Assembly (NCBI GenBank): GCA_045652765.1
Contig: JAZOLG010000029.1
Location: 3,702 to 67,701, forward strand
Direction: 5' to 3'
Origin: Bacilli bacterium
GTDB lineage: Bacteria > Bacillota_I > Bacilli_A > ML615J-28 > CAG-313
Length of the DNA stretch: 64,000 nucleotides
Shown here: piece after piece, positions 56,757-64,000 of the stretch
Layout of the letters: each line of letters opens with the position of its first letter
Position numbering within the stretch: position 1 is the stretch's first letter
The notes under the pieces: model-generated
What the model saw: only the letters and a program-made list of their open reading frames with translations
The model's database searches: none
What the model was told of the DNA's origin: nothing
Program-made: the position numbers and the translations under genes

Positions 56757-57395
56757 ATGACAAGAGAAGAAAGAAAAGCTTTAAGAGCTGAAAAGAAAAA
56801 AAACAAAACAGGATTTTTCCAAGAATTTAAAAAATTTATTACTCGTGGTAATATCGTTGATATGTCTGTTGGGGTTATCGTTGGTGGTGCATTCACAGCT
56901 ATTGTTAATGGTTTATCAAATAATATTTTAAAACCTATTATTAACTGGTTTTTAGCAAAATTATTAGGTAAAGATTCATTATCTGAAGTTTATACATACT
57001 TACAAAAAGTAGAAGTTGCGGAAGTTAATGAAGCTGGTGAGGCTACTGGCAAAATGGTTGTTGATTTAACTCAATCAATTTATATTGACTGGGGAGCATT
57101 TATCAATGCAATTATTAACTTCTTAATTATTGCATTTGTATTGTTCCTTATTGTTAAGTTTATTAATAAATTAAATGATTCAAAAAAACGTGCAAAAGAC
57201 TTAGGCGCTCGTATTGAATGGAAAAAAGAAAGAAATATTAAACTTAATAAAAAAGAAAAAGCATTCTTAGCCGAACAAGAAGCAGCAGCTAAGGCAGCTC
57301 AAGAAGCAGCTCAAGCTCCACAAGAACCTGTAATTACTGAACTAGATGTATTACTTGAAATCAAACAATTATTAGAAACAAAAAAACAAGCATAG
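56757..57395 (+). CDS. mscL: Large-conductance mechanosensitive channel MscL (extended form)
   Basis: Core FKKFITRGNIVDMSVGVIVGGAFTAIVNGL..ILKPII and a second TM (FLIIAFVLFLIVKFINKL). The N-terminal basic extension, long external loop and long Ala/Gln/Glu-rich C-terminus give 212 aa. Confidence 0.88.
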   Translation: MTREERKALRAEKKKNKTGFFQEFKKFITRGNIVDMSVGVIVGGAFTAIVNGLSNNILKPIINWFLAKLLGKDSLSEVYTYLQKVEVAEVNEAGEATGKMVVDLTQSIYIDWGAFINAIINFLIIAFVLFLIVKFINKLNDSKKRAKDLGARIEWKKERNIKLNKKEKAFLAEQEAAAKAAQEAAQAPQEPVITELDVLLEIKQLLETKKQA

Positions 57396-57407
57396 TAAAA
57401 AAAAGTC

Positions 57408-57436
57408 TTGACAATTTAAATGAAATTAGATATAAT
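57408..57436 (+). promoter_or_regulatory. Consensus sigma-A promoter (TTGACA-17-TATAAT) driving the riboswitch/ATPase transcript
   Basis: TTGACA at 57408-57413 and TATAAT at 57431-57436, with exactly 17 nt between them. Confidence 0.75.
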
Positions 57437-57449
57437 CTATATACAAAAG

Positions 57450-57570
57450 ATCCTTAAAGGAGAGTAACCGATAATAGATTATCTATTATTGTTGCATTCG
57501 TCATCACGTATATTAGTTAAGAATATACCGGATGCAACTATCAGTAAGACTGAGAGTGTAAGACCTTTAT
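57450..57570 (+). promoter_or_regulatory. yybP-ykoY-type (Mn2+) riboswitch aptamer
   Basis: AAAGGAGAGUA .. GUUGCAUUCGU .. ACCGGAUGCAAC .. GUAAGACCUUU parallels the L. lactis yoaB element (AAAGGGGAGUAG .. GUCAAUUCGUG .. CACCGG .. AGCAAGACCUUU). P1 pairs AAAGG (57456-60) with CCUUU (57564-68). It lies upstream of a P-type cation ATPase. Confidence 0.75.
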
Positions 57571-57600
57571 TCTTAATATAAGAGTAAGGGTCTTTTATTA
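57561..57600 (+). terminator. Riboswitch expression-platform intrinsic terminator
   Basis: AGACCUUU (57561-68) pairs with AAGGGUCU (57586-93), with an inner TCTTA/TAAGA extension, followed by a U-run. The 5' arm reuses the P1 3' strand, so P1 and the terminator are mutually exclusive (ON-switch logic). Confidence 0.7.
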
Positions 57601-57622
57601 TGTCGAAAAAAGGAGAAATTGA

Positions 57623-60238
57623 ATGAAAAGTTACAAAGATGTAATTGATCAATTACAAACTAATGAGACATTAGGATTAACTAAACAACAAGTTGAAGCA
57701 CAACAACAAAAGTTTGGTCCTAATGCTTTACAAGAAAAAAAGAAAACACCATTAATTATTAAATTCTTAGCTGAGTTTAAAGATTTTATGGTTATCATTT
57801 TATTGATTGCTGCTGTAGTATCAGTTATCGCAGATCATGACGAATGGATTGAAAGTTTAATTATTCTAATTGTAGTATTAGTAAATGCAGTTTTAGGTGT
57901 AGCGCAAGAAAGCAAAGCTGAGAAATCTCTAGAAGCTTTAAAAAAATTAAGTACACCTAGTGCGAAAGTCATACGTGATGGTGTAAGTATTAAAATTAAT
58001 TCCAGTGAAATTGTTCCTGGTGATATTTTACTAGTCGAAGCGGGTGACTTTGTTCCAGCAGATGCAATGATTATCGAGTCAGCAAATCTAGTAGTGGATG
58101 AATCAGCATTGACTGGTGAGTCAGTACCGGTTAATAAAAATAATCAAACAATTGAAAAAGATGATGTAGCAATAGGTGATATGACTAATTGTTTGTTTTC
58201 TTCTACTTATGTAACTTATGGTCGCGGTAAAGCAGTTGTCACTGGAACTGGTATGAATACTGAAATTGGTAAAATAGCTGGAATGCTAATGAATGAAGAA
58301 AATACACAAACTCCACTTCAACATAAACTTGATCAAATTGGTAAAGCAATTGGTATTATATGTATTTTTGTATGTGTTGTTGTGTTCGCAATGGAATTCT
58401 TTGCGTTAAATCCAATTACACAAGCAGGTGTTACTGAAGCATTTATGACAGCTGTTGCTTTGACAGTAGCTGCTATCCCAGAAGGACTTGCCACAGTTGT
58501 TACGGTTGTACTTGCAATTGGTGTTGACAAGATGGCAAAAAGAAAAGCCATTGTTAAAAAATTACCTGCTGTAGAAACTTTAGGATGTGCATCAATTATT
58601 TGTAGCGATAAAACAGGTACATTAACTCAAAATAAAATGACAGTTGTTAAATATTATTATAATAATATTTTAAAAGATATTAGTGATAATTTAAATGAAA
58701 AAGAACAAACAATGATTGAATATTTCAGTCTTTGTAGTGATGCAAAATCAGAAGTTGTTGATGGAGAATTAAAAGAAATTGGTGATCCAACAGAAATAGC
58801 TTTAGTTGTTGCTTGCCAAAAATATGTAAAAAACAAGAAAATTAATGAAAGTGATCGCTTTGCTGATTTACCATTTGATTCTGATCGTAAAATGATGACT
58901 GTAATTTATAAATATCAGGATAAATTTTTATCTATTACAAAAGGTGCTCCAGATATTATTTTACAACATTCGTCTTATAAACCAGATGAACAAAGAGCAT
59001 TGCTTGCTAATGAAGAAATGGCCAGCGATGCTTTAAGAGTTTTAGGTATTGGATATAGATTATTTGATACACTTCCAGAACTTACATCTGAAAATATTGA
59101 AAATGATTTAACATTTGTTGGACTTGTTGGGATGATTGACCCTGCAAGACCTGAAGTAAAAGAATCAATAAGACTTGCCTCTAATGCAGGTATTAGAACG
59201 ATTATGATAACTGGAGACCATGTAAAAACAGCTGAAGCGATCGCGAAACAACTTGGCATTTTGCGTGAAGGTGATTTAGCAATCGCATCAAGTGAATTAC
59301 AAAATATGAGTGATGAAGAGTTATATGAAAATATTGAGAAATATTCAGTATATGCACGTGTTGCTCCTGAGGATAAAGTTCGTATTGTTGAAACATGGCA
59401 AAAGAAAGGCCACATTGTTTCAATGACTGGCGATGGTGTAAATGATTCACCAGCATTGAAAAAAGCAGACATCGGTTGTGCAATGGGGATTACAGGAACT
59501 GATGTTGCTAAAGAAGCATCGGATTTAGTTTTAGTTGATGATAATTTTGGTACTATTGTAGAAGCAATTAAACAAGGTCGAGGAATATATACTAACATTA
59601 AAAAGGTAGTTATGTATTTATTATCAAGTAATATTGGTGAAGTACTTGCTATTTTCCTAGCTTCTTTAATTTCTGCATTGTTTGTTGGTATAAATTTTGG
59701 AGATCCTTTATTACCAATTCACTTATTAATGGTTAATTTAGTTACAGATACATTCCCGTCGTTTGCTCTTGGTTGTGAGGCAACAGATGATGAAGTGATG
59801 AACGAAAAACCTAGACCAAAATCTGAAGGTTTCTTCGCCCACAAAATAGGAATTGTAATTTGTCTAGAAGGGATCATGATTGGTTTGTTAACTTTTGCTG
59901 CATATGCAATTGGACATTTTATTGATGCTAATTCAGACTTAGGACATACTATGGCGTTTATGACACTAGCATCTTCACAATTATTCCATGCGTTTAATAT
60001 GAAATCAAACAAGTCAATTTTAAACAAGAAATTGTTTAATAATAAATGGCTACTAATCTCATTTGTCGCGTTAATGGCAGTACAAATGTTGTTGTGTTAT
60101 ATTCCACCAATTGCAAGTGTTTTCCAATTAGTTCCATTACAAATTGAATACTTACTAATTTGTTTAGGTTTAGCTGCATCAACAATTGTAATTGTTGAAG
60201 TTGGAAAATTAATTATTAAACTAGCTCATAAAAAATAA
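57623..60238 (+). CDS. P-type (P2A, Ca2+/Mn2+-type) cation-transporting ATPase
   Basis: TGES, PEGL, phosphorylation site CSDKTGTLTQN, KGAPD, TGDHVKTA and TGDGVNDSPALKKADIG motifs. 871 aa with about 10 TM helices. Confidence 0.93.
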   Translation: MKSYKDVIDQLQTNETLGLTKQQVEAQQQKFGPNALQEKKKTPLIIKFLAEFKDFMVIILLIAAVVSVIADHDEWIESLIILIVVLVNAVLGVAQESKAEKSLEALKKLSTPSAKVIRDGVSIKINSSEIVPGDILLVEAGDFVPADAMIIESANLVVDESALTGESVPVNKNNQTIEKDDVAIGDMTNCLFSSTYVTYGRGKAVVTGTGMNTEIGKIAGMLMNEENTQTPLQHKLDQIGKAIGIICIFVCVVVFAMEFFALNPITQAGVTEAFMTAVALTVAAIPEGLATVVTVVLAIGVDKMAKRKAIVKKLPAVETLGCASIICSDKTGTLTQNKMTVVKYYYNNILKDISDNLNEKEQTMIEYFSLCSDAKSEVVDGELKEIGDPTEIALVVACQKYVKNKKINESDRFADLPFDSDRKMMTVIYKYQDKFLSITKGAPDIILQHSSYKPDEQRALLANEEMASDALRVLGIGYRLFDTLPELTSENIENDLTFVGLVGMIDPARPEVKESIRLASNAGIRTIMITGDHVKTAEAIAKQLGILREGDLAIASSELQNMSDEELYENIEKYSVYARVAPEDKVRIVETWQKKGHIVSMTGDGVNDSPALKKADIGCAMGITGTDVAKEASDLVLVDDNFGTIVEAIKQGRGIYTNIKKVVMYLLSSNIGEVLAIFLASLISALFVGINFGDPLLPIHLLMVNLVTDTFPSFALGCEATDDEVMNEKPRPKSEGFFAHKIGIVICLEGIMIGLLTFAAYAIGHFIDANSDLGHTMAFMTLASSQLFHAFNMKSNKSILNKKLFNNKWLLISFVALMAVQMLLCYIPPIASVFQLVPLQIEYLLICLGLAASTIVIVEVGKLIIKLAHKK

Positions 60239-60271
60239 AAGAAACCGTTCATCTGAACGGCTTCTTTTTTT
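60237..60271. terminator. Bidirectional terminator between the P-type ATPase and the aspartase-like gene
   Basis: CCGTTC-ATCT-GAACGG core stem, extended by GAA/TTC, flanked by A and T runs. Confidence 0.8.
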
Positions 60272-61400
60272 ATTTAATAATAATGTTGTCAATTGCTTTT
60301 TCGCGGAATGTTCTAATTGCTCGACGAAGAGTGTCAATTGATTCGAATAAACTATAAAGTATTATTGGAAGGTTTTCATTTGTTTCAAGTTGAGTTAATT
60401 CAATTGCATGAGTTATTGTTGAATCAAGACCTATTGCATAGAAACAAACTTGATTTACAACCTCAAGTATTGTTGAATTTACAACTTCAGATTTTTTTGT
60501 TATTAATTCTTGAACAAGTGGTAAACTAATATCACCATAGTTATTGCCTCCAATAAATCTTAAATCATTAGATATTTTTAATAAGTCTACAGCTAATGTT
60601 TTAAGTGTAGAGCTAAGTTGTAAAAAACAATCTAAGTTAATCGTAGAGTCGATATAATTTTTTGCAGCTTTAAATGGTTCACCTGTAAATTTATTAATAT
60701 AGAAAACAAATTTTTTAATAAATTTAGTGTGGTCTCCGACAAGGCTAACACCAACATTTAAATCTAAAAGAGCTTCCAAAGCATTTTCAAGTCGTTTTAA
60801 GTCACGATTTAAAACATTACTAAAGGCATCAAATGTTTGTCTTAAAGTATCGTTTTGGATTAGATCGTTTTTACAAAGAACTGATTTTGCAGAAAAACTA
60901 TTAACAAGCTTTTTTAACTCAACAATCAATTTTTTACTTTGTCTTGTAAGAGCAATCTTTCCTGCACTTGGTATAACATCATAAGTTGATTGACCTAAAT
61001 TAACATGTTTAATTGGATCAATTAAATCATATAATCCTTTTTTACTACCAAGCATTTCATTAGCACGATTTGCAATTACTTCATTAGCATTCATGTTCAT
61101 ACTAGAACCACTATCGCCTTGGATAAAGTCTGTAATAAATTGACCGTGTAATCGACCATTCAAAATCTCATCACAACTTAAAGTTATTGCTTTAGCATAT
61201 TCTGCTGGAAGAAAATCTAAATCTGCATTTGCATTTGCAGCTGATTTTTTAAGAGTTGAAAGGGCTTTGATCATTTGGCGATTAAGTCCACGTTTAATAA
61301 TTTCAAAGTTTTCTTTACCACGAAGTGTATGAATACCATAATATGCTTCGGCTGAAATTTGCTTATCTCCTAATGCATCGTGTTCAATTCTGTAGCGCAC
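60270..61400 (-). CDS. Aspartase/fumarase-superfamily homolog lacking catalytic signatures and the C-terminal domain (putative pseudoenzyme)
   Basis: The GTG at 61400 follows GAAGGTGA. It is collinear with AspA (RIEHDALGDKQISAEAYYGIHTLRG, QGDSGSSMNMNANEV, ILEVVNQVCF), but GSSxMPxKxN is replaced by ITKKSEVVNS, the GRTQLQDA block is deleted, STND becomes STYD, and the ORF ends before the C-terminal domain. Confidence 0.6.
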   Translation of the reverse strand: MRYRIEHDALGDKQISAEAYYGIHTLRGKENFEIIKRGLNRQMIKALSTLKKSAANANADLDFLPAEYAKAITLSCDEILNGRLHGQFITDFIQGDSGSSMNMNANEVIANRANEMLGSKKGLYDLIDPIKHVNLGQSTYDVIPSAGKIALTRQSKKLIVELKKLVNSFSAKSVLCKNDLIQNDTLRQTFDAFSNVLNRDLKRLENALEALLDLNVGVSLVGDHTKFIKKFVFYINKFTGEPFKAAKNYIDSTINLDCFLQLSSTLKTLAVDLLKISNDLRFIGGNNYGDISLPLVQELITKKSEVVNSTILEVVNQVCFYAIGLDSTITHAIELTQLETNENLPIILYSLFESIDTLRRAIRTFREKAIDNIIIK

Positions 61401-61493
61401 AATATCACCTTCTTTCGTGCACACCCATACTATAATAGCATAAAATATAAAAAAAAGCAATATAATGATATATCAAATTAAAAGGAGATACAA

Positions 61494-62735
61494 ATGAAAC
61501 TTAAAATATCGAATTGCAAAAAACTATATGGAACGGTTAACGTAAGTGGAAGCAAAAATACAACTCTGCCAATAATTGCTGCAGCGTTACTTTCTAAAAA
61601 GAAAATAATATTAAAAAATATTCCGCTAATTACTGATGTATTATTAATGATCGAAGTAATAAAAAGCATGGGTGTATATGTTAAAAGAGAAAAACATCGT
61701 TTAGTGATAAAAGCCAAATCATTTAATCCAATGATTGATGCTAAAGACGTAACTAAATTCAGAGGTTCATATTATTTAATTGGCGCATGTTTGGCGAGAT
61801 ATAATATGTGTTCAATAAAATACCCAGGAGGATGTAATTTCACTAATAGACCAATTGATATTCATATTAAAGCATTTGTAGATTTAGGCTTTAAAATTGA
61901 TATTTATAATAATGTGTTATATATAAAGAAAGAGCATATAGTAAAAAAAGAAATAGTATTTGATAAAAAATCAGTAGGAGCTACAATTAATACAATTATT
62001 GCAAGTTCTCTATTAAATAAGCCAATTAAGCTAATGAATATATCAACAGAGCCTGAAGTTTTAGAAATAATTACTTTTCTCAAAAAAATTGGAGTTAATA
62101 TAATTCAAAATGATGACAATTTATATATTTTCAAACATGAAGTAAAAAGAAGAGTACATTTTAAAATAATTAGTGATCGTATCGAAGCTGGAAGTTATAT
62201 GCTTTTAGCATGTTCAATACCTTATAGTGAAGTAACAATTAAAAATGCTCCAATAAGGTATTTGACAAATGTTATTAAAATAATTAACGACATCGGAGGC
62301 TTGGCTGTTATTAAAGATAATAACATAATTGTTAAAGGAAATAAAATTAATGATATTAATGTAGAAATTAATGAATACCCAAGTTTTCCAACAGATTTAC
62401 AACCAATTTTAACTACAACTTTGTTAAATTGTAAAAATATATCTAGCATTAAAGATAACATATACCCAGAAAGAACAAGTCATATCAGTGAGTTAAGAAA
62501 AATGAATGGTGAAGTACAACATAAATTAGATAAAATAATAATAAGTAAATCTAACTTATATGGAACAAATGTTGTTGCAAAAGATTTGAGAATGGCATTT
62601 GCATTAATTGTAGCAGGATGTATTGCCGAGGGAGATACTATCATTGAAAATGCTGAAATTATATTAAGAGGTTATGAACAACCACTTATTAAATTAAAAA
62701 AAATTGGAGTTAAATTAACTGAATATATTAGTTAA
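61494..62735 (+). CDS. murA: UDP-N-acetylglucosamine 1-carboxyvinyltransferase
   Basis: SGSKNTTLPIIAAALL and the active-site loop PGGCNFTNRPIDIHI with Cys retained. EPSP-synthase fold length (413 aa). Confidence 0.9.
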   Translation: MKLKISNCKKLYGTVNVSGSKNTTLPIIAAALLSKKKIILKNIPLITDVLLMIEVIKSMGVYVKREKHRLVIKAKSFNPMIDAKDVTKFRGSYYLIGACLARYNMCSIKYPGGCNFTNRPIDIHIKAFVDLGFKIDIYNNVLYIKKEHIVKKEIVFDKKSVGATINTIIASSLLNKPIKLMNISTEPEVLEIITFLKKIGVNIIQNDDNLYIFKHEVKRRVHFKIISDRIEAGSYMLLACSIPYSEVTIKNAPIRYLTNVIKIINDIGGLAVIKDNNIIVKGNKINDINVEINEYPSFPTDLQPILTTTLLNCKNISSIKDNIYPERTSHISELRKMNGEVQHKLDKIIISKSNLYGTNVVAKDLRMAFALIVAGCIAEGDTIIENAEIILRGYEQPLIKLKKIGVKLTEYIS

Positions 62736-62790
62736 TAATAAGACAGTCTTTTTTTGTTGTGATATAATAATAAAAAAAGAGGTGAAATTT

Positions 62791-64000
62791 ATGGACTATA
62801 GTTTAATTTCTATGATTATCAATATAGTGTTTATAGGCACATTTGTATTATCATTGCTTTTAGGATTTATAAAAGGATTTAAGAAATCTCTTAACAATTT
62901 ATTAGCAAATGTTGTAGTAGTTATTTTGGCTTTTTCTTTTTGTGGCCTTGTAGCTAGAACATTATTGAACATTGATATCTCATTTATAACACACAGTGAT
63001 GATTCAATGAATTTGTCTCAAACAATTACTAATATGCTTTTGGATTCATATGAAATATCAAAAAAAGATATTCCAGCTGTTGTTGATTTTGCTGAATCAG
63101 CATCACTTGCATTTATGCGTCTGCCAGCATACTTTTTGATTCTTTTAGCTGGATTAATAATAGTGAAACCACTATTAAAATTATTATTTAAGTCGGTTAT
63201 TCCAATCGGCAAAGGGAAAACAATTGGTTTTAGATTTATCGCATTAGGTGTATCTTTTGCTTCTTATATTATTTTAGTGTTTTTCTTAACAGCACCATTG
63301 TTTGGTACAATTGGTTTGGCTAAAAGAGTTGCTAATAATCTTGTTCTTAATATGAAACAAGAAGAAGTAGAAGATATGGCAGATTCCGATTTTGAATTAG
63401 AAGAAGCGTTAAATGAAATAAATAGTGGAATTGTAATGAGAATAATTAATGGTATATTTACTGAAGAATATACTTTACAAGCTGAATTTACAGGCAAACT
63501 TATTGAGATTAAAACTCAATATGGTAAAATTAATATTAAAAATGAAATGGATAATCATGCAACATTGGTTGGTATTATTTTAGAAAACCTAGAAGATGAA
63601 AATAAATTGATTGATGAAATTGCTGAAAATCAAAATGATATTATCGAAGGTTTTGAAAAAAGTGAAATCTTAAATGTAATTATGCCAGTTGCAGTTGAAA
63701 TTGTTCGTTTAGAAGCAAGCGATGAAAACATTGATTTTGATAAATTAGTAGAGGCTGATTGGTCTTTAGAAAAACAAAATATTTTAAATATTTTAAGAGC
63801 AATTTGTGAGTTTGCTGATTCAGTAAAGATTGATTTTGAAAAGCCACAAACGATGTTAGCAAGTCCAAAACTTCCCAATGCATTAAAACAAATTGGAGAG
63901 TCGTTAGAAAATTCAGGATTATTTAAAGATGTATTTTTAGTTTATATTAATGATTTAGTTCATGATGCTCTTGCATCAAACGAAGATGGATTCGAAGCAC
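62791..64000 (+). CDS. Hypothetical membrane protein with CvpA-like N-terminal TM region and long acidic helical C-terminal part (3' end outside the window)
   Basis: It is not in the supplied ORF track because no stop is reached. The ATG follows AGAGGTGA. My manual translation from 62791 to 64000 has no stop (MDYSLISMIINIVFIGTFVLSLLLGFIKGFKKSL..). All four track ORFs in this interval are antisense to it. Confidence 0.7.
   Translation, partial: MDYSLISMIINIVFIGTFVLSLLLGFIKGFKKSLNNLLANVVVVILAFSFCGLVARTLLNIDISFITHSDDSMNLSQTITNMLLDSYEISKKDIPAVVDFAESASLAFMRLPAYFLILLAGLIIVKPLLKLLFKSVIPIGKGKTIGFRFIALGVSFASYIILVFFLTAPLFGTIGLAKRVANNLVLNMKQEEVEDMADSDFELEEALNEINSGIVMRIINGIFTEEYTLQAEFTGKLIEIKTQYGKINIKNEMDNHATLVGIILENLEDENKLIDEIAENQNDIIEGFEKSEILNVIMPVAVEIVRLEASDENIDFDKLVEADWSLEKQNILNILRAICEFADSVKIDFEKPQTMLASPKLPNALKQIGESLENSGLFKDVFLVYINDLVHDALASNEDGFEA

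Noticed and set aside
63018-63883. Four minus-strand track ORFs (63018-63212, 63264-63497, 63630-63878 and 63680-63883).
   Set aside because: All are antisense to a single uninterrupted + strand ORF (62791 to beyond 64000) that has an RBS and promoter. They are fragmented and overlap each other.

Overview
This is a 64-kb, very AT-rich chromosomal core region of a low-GC Firmicute (Bacillota). It uses the standard genetic code: TGA terminates sufS and other genes. About 55 of roughly 63 genes lie on the + strand, and many are translationally coupled through ATGA or TAATG overlaps. Gene content and order recall the origin-proximal housekeeping region of Bacillus and Clostridium. In order, the recognisable genes are: ecfA1-ecfA2-ecfT-truA; two aminopeptidases; thiN-tmk-holB-yaaT(ricT)-methyltransferase-rsmI; PFOR (nifJ); the complete sufCDSUB operon; murF-like plus ddl; tilS-ftsH-yabO(rqcP)-maf; hslO; a yebC-like gene; an M16C protease; a DtxR-family regulator divergent from feoAB; lysS; yabP-yabQ; tRNA-Tyr and tRNA-Gln; glyA; mscL; a P-type ATPase behind a yybP-ykoY-type Mn2+ riboswitch; murA. 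An anaerobic, possibly sporulating Erysipelotrichia- or Clostridia-like organism is an inference only. I found no rRNA, CRISPR array, IS element, prophage or recognisable defence system. The parts that ordinary annotation does not explain are listed here. (1) Peptidoglycan-precursor genes with unusual architecture: a MurF-type ligase whose N-terminal domain is replaced by a membrane domain and which is coupled to ddl, and a separate intact but catalytically degenerate MurE-like ORF. (2) An intact aspartase/fumarase-like ORF that lacks the catalytic signatures, lying next to murA. (3) A tightly coupled four-gene cluster of YhbD-like HTH, bactofilin-like beta-helix protein and two novel membrane proteins. 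(4) A set of exported or membrane-anchored proteins that share HxHxYE/CxCG-type His/Cys motifs and a common N-terminal anchor module (VGAIIGI...PKD). (5) Two perfect-consensus sigma-A promoters in front of metal transporters, one gated by two GTTAG-N6-CTAAC palindromes and the other by the riboswitch-terminator. A long ORF running off the 3' edge (62791 to beyond 64000) is absent from the supplied ORF track.
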